Shown here piece by piece: positions 48,111-56,315 of a stretch of DNA of 64,000 nt. Location of the stretch: positions 1 through 64,000 of the IMG/VR virus record IMGVR_UViG_3300025018_000102; one strand, written 5' to 3'. The notes under the pieces are model-generated. The model did no database searches and had not been told where the DNA came from. It saw only the letters and a program-made list of their open reading frames with translations. The number at the start of each line of letters is the position of its first letter. Positions within the stretch are counted from its first letter, which is position 1. The position numbers and the translations under genes were made by a program. The DNA is from a virus.

Positions 48111-48968
48111 TTAGGCAGACTGCTCTGCAGCAGCCTTCATCATGGCTCGGAGATCTTCGGAGGGAACCGAGTTCTCTGCGCCCGAGGTAAGCTCAGCAGC
48201 CGCCTTAGGGGCTGGGAGAGCGCCCACTAGGTAGTCACCCATCTTGCCTTTGGACAGGGCGTCCAGCATGTCGTCATCGTCCAAGGTGAACCCAACTTGG
48301 CTGAGGTCGACTAGTTTGTAGTTGCCTCCAACCGGAGAAGGCTTGATCTTTGTGATCACGGAGTAGCTGGTCCCGAACTGGCCGGAGCCTGTCTTCTTGA
48401 TGGTGATGTCATGGCCCTCCTTAGGGTCCGTGATATCCAACTTGTCGGAGGTCATGGCGGCCATGACGCCCTGGAAGACGGTGAAGTTCGCAGGGAAAAC
48501 CTGCACCTTCATGTCGCCCACTGCAGGAAGATCCTCGTCGCCCTCACCCTTGGTCATCGCAGCGATGTCGGCTGCAGTGTACTCAGGGTCAGCTCGATCG
48601 ATAATGCTGAACAGGTATGCCGACTTGGCACGGTGGTCCTTCGCAAGCTGCTGAGCAGTTGCGTCGGTCTTGTCCTTGCGAAGGTCGTTCACAAGGTCAC
48701 AGGCGGCACACTTTCCATTGAGGTAAGGAGTCTTTTCCTTACACAGGACAGGTGCCTTAGAGTCCGACGATAGCCCCCAGTGCTGAGCGACTTCTCGGAA
48801 GAAGACGTCCGCGTGGTCACCTTCATTCGTCCACGGTGGGAGAACTCGGATGATGTTGGAGCCAGATTTAGGGTTCCAGAACTTGATTGCTGGACCGCGT
48901 GGCGTAAAGTCCGCACGCTCTTCAAGTTCCTTAGCCTTGTTATTGATTTTTTCCCAGTCGATTGCCAT
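48111..48968 (-). CDS. single-stranded DNA-binding protein (gp32-like)
   Basis: IRVLPP, H...C....CAAC zinc site, DITDPKEGHDITIKK. Confidence 0.8.
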   Translation of the reverse strand: MAIDWEKINNKAKELEERADFTPRGPAIKFWNPKSGSNIIRVLPPWTNEGDHADVFFREVAQHWGLSSDSKAPVLCKEKTPYLNGKCAACDLVNDLRKDKTDATAQQLAKDHRAKSAYLFSIIDRADPEYTAADIAAMTKGEGDEDLPAVGDMKVQVFPANFTVFQGVMAAMTSDKLDITDPKEGHDITIKKTGSGQFGTSYSVITKIKPSPVGGNYKLVDLSQVGFTLDDDDMLDALSKGKMGDYLVGALPAPKAAAELTSGAENSVPSEDLRAMMKAAAEQSA

Positions 48969-48989
48969 GTTGTTTCTCTCGTTACTTTC

Positions 48990-49448
48990 TTATACGTTCT
49001 TCATGTAGGGTTCACTGGCCAGTTCAGCTCGGATGTTAGCTCCGAGACTGATCAAGCAGTCTTTCTTGGCCATCATCGCGTCACGAGTAGCCTTCATCAG
49101 TTTGGTCTGCAGGCATGCGTCGAAGTAGAGACTTTGCTTCTTTACATATTCGGCGGATGTGATAACCATGTTTTCGACCTTCTTCTCGGTCACCTTGACC
49201 TTGGCGTTCTCCATCTCGCTCCGAGAAGCAACGTCAAGCACAGCGTAAAGCCGCTCTAGTTCGGACTTAAGCCGTGTTTCGTAATCGAGACAAAGTTCGT
49301 AGGAGGTGGCATACACGTTGAATGCTTGTGCGTGCCGTTCGAACTCTCCGGACAGGTCGGAGCGGTCAATGCTCAGGTCCTCTTGGGCCGTGGAGGTCAC
49401 GGAGACTCCAGCGACGCTAAACTCGGATGGTAGGATTTCTGTACTCAT
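48990..49448 (-). CDS. UvsY-like recombination mediator
   Basis: Helical 152 aa, TEKKVE.....Y, position next to SSB/RecA. Confidence 0.6.
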   Translation of the reverse strand: MSTEILPSEFSVAGVSVTSTAQEDLSIDRSDLSGEFERHAQAFNVYATSYELCLDYETRLKSELERLYAVLDVASRSEMENAKVKVTEKKVENMVITSAEYVKKQSLYFDACLQTKLMKATRDAMMAKKDCLISLGANIRAELASEPYMKNV

Positions 49449-51694
49449 AGTTTCAGTTCTGCCTTATCGGCCCAGGTGGTAGTAGAGTACTCTATGTCTG
49501 TGACAATGGGTACGTGGTAGTGAGGGAAGTCTTCCATGATGCGCTTGATATCCCCAAGAATGTGGATTTCAGACTTGTGCAGGAAGAGTTGGATTTCGTC
49601 GTGAACGAAGTTGACGATGTGTGACTTGTAGGGCCTTAGGAACTCGTGGATTCGAACCACTGCGTGCTTGAACAGGTCGGCCGCTTCGCCCTGAATGAGG
49701 CTGTTGGTGGCTTGGCGCTCGGCCTTGCCTTCCATCCATCGGAGGGTACGGTCGCCTGTGATCCGCGTTGCGTGGATGGCGGGAAGGTGCCTGATGCGGC
49801 CGTACTCGTTGGTGACTTGAGCGTACTGCCGAACGTGTCGGGTAGCTTCTCTTACAAACTTACGGACGCCGCCGTACTTGTCAAGGTATGAATCTATGTA
49901 GCCGGAGCATTTGTTGACCCAGCCCTTGTCGTCGAGGTGCAGGCAGTCAGCCGGACGTGGGCTGATCTGGCTGGCAAGGCCCTTGGGGCCCGATCCGTAG
50001 ATGATGGAGAAACTGACGATCTTAGAGATATCGTTGCGTCGGCTAGTACGGAGAGCGAACTCTGCGTACTCAGGATGGGCCTTCATGGCGTTCTTGTCGC
50101 CTGAACTCTTGACCCGGTCGAATAGTTCCACAGTATCCTGGTAGTCGTAGCCAAACATCTCACACATCGTGCGTGTGTGAACGTCCTGGTTCTTCTCGTA
50201 TGCCTCTAGCAGGATAGGATCCTGCGAGTAGTGAGCGGTTAGCCTAATCTCGATTTGAGAGTAGTCCATGAACACGTAGACCCAGTCGTCCCCCTTGTTG
50301 AGGAAGGCCTTGCGGATCGACGTGTCTTTCCGGGGGATGTTCTGCAGGTTTGGGTTTGAGCAGGCCATGCGGCCTGTGGCAACATTCTGCCTGAAGTTGC
50401 AGTGGAGGATACCATCTTCGCTCACCCTGTCAATGATGCCCGTGCAGTACGTGTCGCGAATCTTCTTCTTAGCTCGAATCGTGAGGAGATCCTTGACGAC
50501 GGGGTAGTCCTCGCTGAGCGCCTCTAGTACCTTGGAGTCAAGGACCCAGTTGCCTGCGTCGCTCTTCTTGTCAAGGATGATGCCCTTGTTCAGGAAGGCT
50601 TCTGCGAGTTGCTTGTTGCTCCCTAGATTCAACTCGGGATCTCCGAGGGCTTCCTGGACTGCTTTGGTAAGTTCCTCAATCTCGGTGTCCAGCGCCTCCC
50701 GGTGGCTCTTTAGATACTCTACATCTACGGGCGTACCGGCGGCCTCCACATCCATGAGCACCTTGAGCAGCCGCATCTCATTGATGTAGAGCTTCACCTG
50801 CTTCTCAGTCATCTTCAGGTGAGTTAGAAGATGCTCGTACACTGCCATGGTTAGGTAGGTATCGAGACACGCATACTGCGACATGAGCGCCACTGGGATG
50901 TAGGAGTAATCTACGTTCTCTTTGGAGTTCTTTGCGTACCGATGGTTGATGACGAGGTCGTCGTTCTCCTTGAGCCAGTTCTTGATCATCGGCTTGGTCA
51001 TGCTCTGGAACTGAGGCTCATGGGACATGAGATTGGCACGCTCCTTGATGTATGCGTTCCACTCTTTGCGCCAGGCTCGAGCCTCACCCATTCTCCACTC
51101 TGATATGATTTTAGAGTCCTCGTTGGCCCAAGCGCCTACGACGCCCTTGTGCTTAACTCGCATGAGGTCCACCCATCCAGAGGCGATGGACTTCAGGGCA
51201 GCTGGGGCATTCTCGTCAAAGAACTGCCACAGCACCAATGTGTCCTGGATTGGATTCTTGATATTGAATCCATCCATTCGGAACATATGCCCATCGAACT
51301 TGTAGTTGTGGAAGATGAGCATGATCTTCGAGGAGAAGAACATATCCAAATCCGCTCGGATGACCTCCAGGTCGAGTTGAACTGGGGCCACGCCTCCAGT
51401 GATGGAGTCCTTGTGCCTAATGGGCACGTAGAAGTGAGTGTTGCCCCACCCGAGAGCGATACCGCAGATACGGTGGCCTGAGTGCCAGTCAAGTCCGTCG
51501 GTCTCCGTGTCAACCGCAACCACAGGCTGCTTCATCATCTCCTCGAACATCGCATCCCACTCAGGCTTGGTGGTGATGACGCGAAGTTCTATTCCGCGGT
51601 TGAGCCACGTAGTGAACTTGGTCTCGTTGAACAAGGTCTCCAGGCCCTTGGCCTGTGGGTAAGTCTTTAACAACTCAATGGGGCACTCAATCAT
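49445..51694 (-). CDS. polA: family A DNA polymerase with 3'-5' exonuclease
   Basis: VDTET, HNYKFD, YACLD, TGRMACSNPNLQNIP, DYSQIEIR, KIVSFSIIYG, VHDE. Confidence 0.95.
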   Translation of the reverse strand: MIECPIELLKTYPQAKGLETLFNETKFTTWLNRGIELRVITTKPEWDAMFEEMMKQPVVAVDTETDGLDWHSGHRICGIALGWGNTHFYVPIRHKDSITGGVAPVQLDLEVIRADLDMFFSSKIMLIFHNYKFDGHMFRMDGFNIKNPIQDTLVLWQFFDENAPAALKSIASGWVDLMRVKHKGVVGAWANEDSKIISEWRMGEARAWRKEWNAYIKERANLMSHEPQFQSMTKPMIKNWLKENDDLVINHRYAKNSKENVDYSYIPVALMSQYACLDTYLTMAVYEHLLTHLKMTEKQVKLYINEMRLLKVLMDVEAAGTPVDVEYLKSHREALDTEIEELTKAVQEALGDPELNLGSNKQLAEAFLNKGIILDKKSDAGNWVLDSKVLEALSEDYPVVKDLLTIRAKKKIRDTYCTGIIDRVSEDGILHCNFRQNVATGRMACSNPNLQNIPRKDTSIRKAFLNKGDDWVYVFMDYSQIEIRLTAHYSQDPILLEAYEKNQDVHTRTMCEMFGYDYQDTVELFDRVKSSGDKNAMKAHPEYAEFALRTSRRNDISKIVSFSIIYGSGPKGLASQISPRPADCLHLDDKGWVNKCSGYIDSYLDKYGGVRKFVREATRHVRQYAQVTNEYGRIRHLPAIHATRITGDRTLRWMEGKAERQATNSLIQGEAADLFKHAVVRIHEFLRPYKSHIVNFVHDEIQLFLHKSEIHILGDIKRIMEDFPHYHVPIVTDIEYSTTTWADKAELKL

Positions 51695-52310
51695 CTTTAG
51701 CTTCTCCTAGCACTACGCTGCTAGCGGGCAGTACACCGTCACGGTGTTCCTGGGTTATTCTTGGATCGTCCATGCAGGAGTACGTTCTGCAGACGATTGG
51801 CCGGTCTTCGTAAATGGAGCATCTGTTGTCGTCACCAAGGAGAGGGCAAGGTACTCCGATTGTCCCCTCTAGAAAGTACACTCTATCAGTCACCTGTGAC
51901 ATGTGAGGGAACCCTAGCGTCATGAAGCGGGAAAGTTTCCCCTGAACGTTCGCGGCGTCCTTGGAAGTCAGGGCCACTGCACTGTCCCCGTAGAGGCCTG
52001 ACTCGTACTCCTCAGGAGTGATCTGGATGACGAATGCTGAACAGCACACGCTCGTCTTGCAAGTATCACAAGGGGCCGGGTTGATGGGGCCCGGAACACG
52101 GCTGTGCAACACTCGAAGCTTGGTTTTGGCCGCCATTTGCCGGTTTGTGGCCGCTGCTTGGCGTGAGAGGGCTCTCCAAGCAGGCTCTGGGGCCTTCTCA
52201 GAGCCTTCCTGCGCCACAGGAACCTCCTTGACGTACTCGTGGTCCAGAAAGGTGTTCCGGCGGCTATGCGTGGGCTTTAGGAGGGCCAGGTGGACCTTCT
52301 TGTCCTTCAC
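51687..52310 (-). CDS. YkgJ-family cysteine-cluster protein
   Basis: CDTCKTSVCC ... CPLL...CSIYEDRPIVCRTYSC. Confidence 0.85.
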   Translation of the reverse strand: MKDKKVHLALLKPTHSRRNTFLDHEYVKEVPVAQEGSEKAPEPAWRALSRQAAATNRQMAAKTKLRVLHSRVPGPINPAPCDTCKTSVCCSAFVIQITPEEYESGLYGDSAVALTSKDAANVQGKLSRFMTLGFPHMSQVTDRVYFLEGTIGVPCPLLGDDNRCSIYEDRPIVCRTYSCMDDPRITQEHRDGVLPASSVVLGEAKDD

Positions 52311-52552
52311 GCCTTACGCCCGATTCGATTACGGACTTCACGTTCGGAAAGGACAATCGGCTTGTCCGTAGGCTTGAGGGTTGTCACAGTCTCCCACTGG
52401 AGATATCCGTTGTCGATCGCCCACCTAAGTTCGTTGTACCTAAGTTCAATATGGTCTGGTACGTCGTGATCTCCCCACTTGTCAATGTGGGCGCAGAAGT
52501 CGCTTAGTCTTTGCATGTCCATATCAGTCCTTCCAACTCCATGCTTTTTCAC
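52307..52552 (-). CDS. hypothetical protein
   Basis: 81-aa ORF. Confidence 0.55.
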   Translation of the reverse strand: MKKHGVGRTDMDMQRLSDFCAHIDKWGDHDVPDHIELRYNELRWAIDNGYLQWETVTTLKPTDKPIVLSEREVRNRIGRKA

Positions 52553-52748
52553 TCGCTATCATAGCGACTATCGTCATTGCTTCTCGGCACTCTTTGCTAA
52601 TGCGCCGAGCGTCCCTTTCAGCGTCATTGAGGGCTCGCTTGGACTTCTTCCAGTTGTTGAGAGCCTGTTGGTGCCACTTGATGGTCCTCCACAGCATCAT
52701 AAGGCTGAAGAACCACAGGGCAATAAGGCCTACTATTGCGTAGGTCAT
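52524..52748 (-). CDS. small membrane-anchored protein
   Basis: N-terminal TM plus coiled coil. Confidence 0.6.
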   Translation of the reverse strand: MTYAIVGLIALWFFSLMMLWRTIKWHQQALNNWKKSKRALNDAERDARRISKECREAMTIVAMIASEKAWSWKD

Positions 52749-53044
52749 CCGATCTTGGCTCCGCGGCCGTTGTTCATCTTGGCTCGGATCTCGTCCGAGT
52801 TGCTCTTGTTGAGTTTCTCCGAGTGCTTGCGGGAGCGCTCCCGGAGATGATGGGTCTGCATTTCCCGAGACATGAGTGAGTAGGTAGCTAGTCCAGGGGC
52901 GCTCAGGAGTGGCTGGGTGTTGATGTGTTCACAGTGTGGGCACTCCGATTCTGGGGTGAACTCATCGACCTCGTGAGGACGGTCCACAATGTCCTCGTAG
53001 ACTTCACCGCAGTTGGCACACTCAAAATCGTACGTAATCCACAT
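52745..53044 (-). CDS. FmdB-like zinc-ribbon protein
   Basis: YDFECANCG...CPHC...LLSAP. Confidence 0.8.
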   Translation of the reverse strand: MWITYDFECANCGEVYEDIVDRPHEVDEFTPESECPHCEHINTQPLLSAPGLATYSLMSREMQTHHLRERSRKHSEKLNKSNSDEIRAKMNNGRGAKIG

Positions 53045-53497
53045 CTACAAAACTCCGAAGGCTAGCATCGTCTGCATCACCACAATGTCCATCTGGCGCT
53101 CTGAGGTGATCCTTACCCTCTTCGTGAAGGGCTTGGTTTTGCGCCGAGTGGATGCTGGGATGTCCAGCACCTTGAAGGTTTCCCTCAGTGAGGGCACTGT
53201 AGCATCAGCTACATCCACAAGGCAAGAGCGGCCTGAGTCGGTCCAGGCTCGGAAGGCGTGAACCCCGTTGATCAGCAGTAAATGGTAGGAGGCTGTCTTG
53301 GCCCACGAGAACATCTGCTCTCCGTGATCAGCTCGGAACTGGAGCCGGTCAATGTAACTCCACCTTGGAGGGAGCGTCACGGCGCTATCTGGGACCAGAT
53401 ATACTGCACGGAGCACAAGTTTGTCGCACAGGCGCTCCAGGTTAACGTGGCCTGGGCGGAGGTGCGAGGTGTTCTCGATGGTCCGCTCGTCATCCAT
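53045..53497 (-). CDS. hypothetical protein
   Basis: 150-aa ORF, abutting neighbours. Confidence 0.65.
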   Translation of the reverse strand: MDDERTIENTSHLRPGHVNLERLCDKLVLRAVYLVPDSAVTLPPRWSYIDRLQFRADHGEQMFSWAKTASYHLLLINGVHAFRAWTDSGRSCLVDVADATVPSLRETFKVLDIPASTRRKTKPFTKRVRITSERQMDIVVMQTMLAFGVL

Positions 53498-53734
53498 TCA
53501 TCGGTGCTCCCGGAACACTAGCACGGGGCCGTGAGGAGTGGCGAGGGTGCGGGTTGTGCTGGGCACTCCGGGCACCTTGACTCCGCGGGAGAGTGCATCA
53601 AACGCTTCATCCGTAACAATGAACCCTACTATGAATGATTCAGCCGCGTTTAACTGGTTGGCCATGTGCATGTCGTCCGCGGCGTCCACTAGGCCGACTT
53701 CCACCTCTTCTGCAGTCAACTTACTCATCTTCAT
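53498..53734 (-). CDS. hypothetical protein
   Basis: 78-aa ORF. Confidence 0.6.
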   Translation of the reverse strand: MKMSKLTAEEVEVGLVDAADDMHMANQLNAAESFIVGFIVTDEAFDALSRGVKVPGVPSTTRTLATPHGPVLVFREHR

Positions 53735-53957
53735 CCTTTGGCTGACTTGGGCACAGAACTACCCAAGGTTCTCCCTCTGGTACGTTGTTGGGCATAGGAT
53801 ACACGTGCCGGTAGTTGAACCTTACCGTGGGGTACTTGGCGGACTCCTCCAAAGCCCTCCAGTAGTCCTGATCTCCACCTGCGTCTGACAGCCATGTGAG
53901 AAAGCCTTTTGCGGCGGAATCGTCTTCAAATACGAACTGGATGGTTCTCTTGGCCAT
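53721..53957 (-). CDS. hypothetical phage protein (F..WL.D.G.QDY motif)
   Basis: GGAG RBS; 78 aa. Confidence 0.7.
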   Translation of the reverse strand: MAKRTIQFVFEDDSAAKGFLTWLSDAGGDQDYWRALEESAKYPTVRFNYRHVYPMPNNVPEGEPWVVLCPSQPKDEDE

Positions 53958-54122
53958 GGCTCTCCAAATGTCACTTGTGTTATGAGGGACCCAAGTGTAA
54001 GGCCCGAAGTTAGCGGGGAGCGTCGCATATCCGGCGACGACCCCCAGTGTTTGCAGCAGCGTGTTAGGCAGCTTTTTCTATCACTACGCAACGGCGTTTA
54101 AGATCTGCGCTCTGGGTCTAAG

Positions 54123-54216
54123 TACCCATGCCTTACCATTAGACGACAACGCCTAAGTTTGAAAAGAGCCCGGAGGCTCGGAGGCGTCGGAGGGATTCGA
54201 ACCCTCATTTTGAGCA
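54123..54216 (-). ncRNA. permuted tRNA-like module 2
   Basis: TGCTCA-AAAT-GAGGG TTCGAAT CCCTC-CGACGCC-TCC-[GAGCC TCCG GGCTC]-...-GGCGTTG-TC-GTCT AATGGTA AGGC-A-TGGGTA. Confidence 0.85.
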
Positions 54217-54287
54217 AGTTGGCGAGATCACTAGAGATGCATAGGTAGCATTTTGGGGTTTAGGTTAGAGAATAATAGGAACTTGAT

Positions 54288-54379
54288 GCTGTGCGTCTTC
54301 CAGTTCCGCCACCTCCCCTTAGTCGATCAGGAACCGAAGTTCCGGTGGGGAGGGCAGGATTCGAACCTGCAAAAACAGC
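54288..54379 (-). ncRNA. permuted tRNA-like module 1
   Basis: GCTG-TTTTT-GCAGG TTCGAAT CCTGC-CCTCCCC-ACC-[GGAAC TTCG GTTCC]-...-GGGGAGG-TG-GCG GAACTGGAAGA CGC-A-CAGC. Confidence 0.85.
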
Positions 54380-54459
54380 TTGTTGAGGAGGAGAATAAGT
54401 TTGAGCTTGTTCTCTTCTAAAGCAGGATACCGCCTCCAAAGGGCGGCCCTGCCGTAGTC

Positions 54460-55197
54460 TTACTTAGCGAGCAGGTAACTGAACACCTTGTCGCCTAGCG
54501 CTCGAGGAGAAGCCTCCACGCTGTTGGCCTGTTCGCGAGCGAACTTCACGGCCTTCTTGATGGCCTGGATACGGCCAAGGACCGTCTCCTTGCGATCGGC
54601 GGACATGGCGCCGCTGTAGCGGATGCGGGTCCAATATCCTTCGACGACGTCCTCGTGGAAGAGATCCACTTGGGCGGGGTGCTTGTCGGTAGCCTCTGCT
54701 CGAACGTGGTTCTTGGGAACCTTCTTGGTCTTGGTGGTCTCGACGGCCGCACTCTTCCAGTGATTCTGGGTTGGCGAGAACTCCCATTCCTCCGAAGGAT
54801 CGAGAGCTGGCAGCCCGCGGACGAAGGTCTCCATGTCGTTCATCTCCTTCTCCATCATGAGGAGGGTGGAGACGGGGACAGCTTCGAGAAGCACCATACC
54901 GTCTGGGAGGACAACGTCGGCCTTAGCCACCTGGTTGGTAGCGTCCTTGGTTGCCGTGAGATCCCAGATCTCTGTCTTCAGTTCGGCGGTCTTGTTGAGT
55001 AGGTCCTCCGTGGTGGCCTGGACGTTCTTGGTCTCAGCGGGGAGTTGAACGCCGTCGTCGGCGAGAGGGCGGTAGGTACGCACAAGGCCCTCAAAGACAG
55101 CAGGCTGTCCGGCGAGGCGATGAAGCTGGGTAAGATCTGAGGTGGTGCGCTTACGCGTTCCAGATTCGATTGCGAGGATTTGGTTTAGCTTTGCCAT
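54460..55197 (-). CDS. uncharacterised conserved-looking protein (MAKLNQILAIE family), candidate partner of the downstream RNA
   Basis: 245 aa, strongly biased codon usage, AAGGG RBS, own promoter; no catalytic motif recognised. Confidence 0.85.
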   Translation of the reverse strand: MAKLNQILAIESGTRKRTTSDLTQLHRLAGQPAVFEGLVRTYRPLADDGVQLPAETKNVQATTEDLLNKTAELKTEIWDLTATKDATNQVAKADVVLPDGMVLLEAVPVSTLLMMEKEMNDMETFVRGLPALDPSEEWEFSPTQNHWKSAAVETTKTKKVPKNHVRAEATDKHPAQVDLFHEDVVEGYWTRIRYSGAMSADRKETVLGRIQAIKKAVKFAREQANSVEASPRALGDKVFSYLLAK

Positions 55198-55242
55198 TGG
55201 TGTCCCTTAGTTTGTTTGTGGGCTTACTGCCCGTCGAATGAG

Positions 55243-55270
55243 AACCTAGCGTGCCTGGAGGCACTGTCAA
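55243..55270 (-). promoter_or_regulatory. sigma70-like promoter with palindromic spacer
   Basis: TTGACA-16 bp-TAGGTT; spacer contains GTGCCT-cc-AGGCAC. Confidence 0.55.
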
Positions 55271-55277
55271 GGATCTT

Positions 55278-55631
55278 TTATCGATCATCGCCACTTCCCC
55301 CAAGAACACCTCGGGCGGCTCGATCGTGCAACTTGGCCAGGGATGCCGAAGCGGCATCTTCCATGGCGTACCCAAGTTCCTCGCAGCACGCAGCTACGTA
55401 CCAGAGGACATCCCCAAGTTCTTTGAGGGTGGCGTCTTTGAAGTCCTGGGATACCACTCCACCCTCATCTCGAAGGAGTTTCTTCAACTTCTCGGCGACT
55501 TCTCCAGCCTCTCCGTTTAGGCCCAGTGTGGCGTAAGTTAGCCCAGACAGGTCTCCTGCACCTGGATAAGTAGAGTACTGCAGTGCTTCTCGTTGGTACT
55601 CGTTGAAGGTCGTTTCGTGCTTGTATCTCAT
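55278..55631 (-). CDS. mazG: MazG-like nucleotide pyrophosphohydrolase
   Basis: LGLNGEAGEVAEKLKK, ELGDVLWYVA, GSGDDR. Confidence 0.92.
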   Translation of the reverse strand: MRYKHETTFNEYQREALQYSTYPGAGDLSGLTYATLGLNGEAGEVAEKLKKLLRDEGGVVSQDFKDATLKELGDVLWYVAACCEELGYAMEDAASASLAKLHDRAARGVLGGSGDDR

Positions 55632-55695
55632 TCTTCTTCACTTTCGGGCTTGACGTTTGTGGTATAGTTTCGCGTGCGGCCTGTGGGGAACTTCT

Positions 55696-55986
55696 TCATA
55701 GTTCGGCTCCATGTGCTCTTGCGATCGCCATTCGGTAGTGGGCCTCTCGTGCCAGCCAGAATGCTACGCTGTTTCCCAGTACCCTGTGCAGCCTACAGGC
55801 TACTCTATGGGTTATGGCTCCATAGCCGGCGAGGATCCAGTCCAACTCTTGGCGGCCCAACTTGGTTGTGCGAGCCAGCCACACAAGATCCTTGCCCATG
55901 TCAAACAGGATGTCTTCGATTGTGTTTCCTGGAGGTGACACCCAGTCGGGCGTAAACACTTCCTCTGTAGGATCTGCATCACTCAT
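55696..55986 (-). CDS. HigA-like HTH antitoxin
   Basis: PDWVSPPG.TI...AIT..A.RL..VLG.S..FWL..EA.Y. Confidence 0.8.
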   Translation of the reverse strand: MSDADPTEEVFTPDWVSPPGNTIEDILFDMGKDLVWLARTTKLGRQELDWILAGYGAITHRVACRLHRVLGNSVAFWLAREAHYRMAIARAHGAEL

Positions 55987-55997
55987 AGGAAAGTTGT

Positions 55998-56315
55998 CTA
56001 CTTGGCTTTCACAAGTTTGATGCCAACGGCGTCGCTGCGCTTATTCCACCTGAAGGTGCCTTTGACTTTCCCGTTGACCATGTGCGGCACAAGTTCTGAG
56101 AACTCCGTTGGGAACATGAGGTAGGGGACTCCTTCCGGCGTCTCCAGGTGTGCGTACCTACTTAGGAATTTGAACTCTAGGTCCAGTTCGAGGGTGGCGA
56201 ATCGGTCGAGTTTAGTGATCTTCTTAGCGTTTCGCTGGTAGTATACTGGAGGTTCTTGGCCCCACACATGCTGGGTGCCACCGTCATATACGATCCATAC
56301 ATGTTCCCAGTTCAT
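55998..56315 (-). CDS. hypothetical protein
   Basis: ATG 56315 overlaps upstream stop; GGAG RBS. Confidence 0.65.
   Translation of the reverse strand: MNWEHVWIVYDGGTQHVWGQEPPVYYQRNAKKITKLDRFATLELDLEFKFLSRYAHLETPEGVPYLMFPTEFSELVPHMVNGKVKGTFRWNKRSDAVGIKLVKAK

Larger units (their letters stand above)
54013..54452 (-). ncRNA. putative large structured RNA containing two circularly permuted tRNA-like modules
   Basis: About 500-nt gap in a gene-dense arm; bounding hairpins 54422-54452 and 54015-54044; two permuted cloverleaves inside. Confidence 0.75.

Noticed and set aside
53822-54091. 89-aa ORF overlapping the RNA 3' part
   Set aside because: No RBS, overlaps a better gene in another frame and runs through the terminal hairpin.
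54180-54318. Single normal tRNA with an intron, formed from the 5' half of module 1 and the 3' half of module 2
   Set aside because: GGGGAGG cannot pair with CGACGCC; acceptor and anticodon stems pair only in the permuted arrangement.
54123-54379. Integration-scar tRNA fragments (att sites)
   Set aside because: Both halves are present with compensatory pairing and identical layout twice; no integrase in the window.
54013-54452. Conventional or two-piece tmRNA
   Set aside because: No G3-U70 pair, full D-arms are present, there are two tRNA-like heads, and no Ala-Ala-ending tag was seen.
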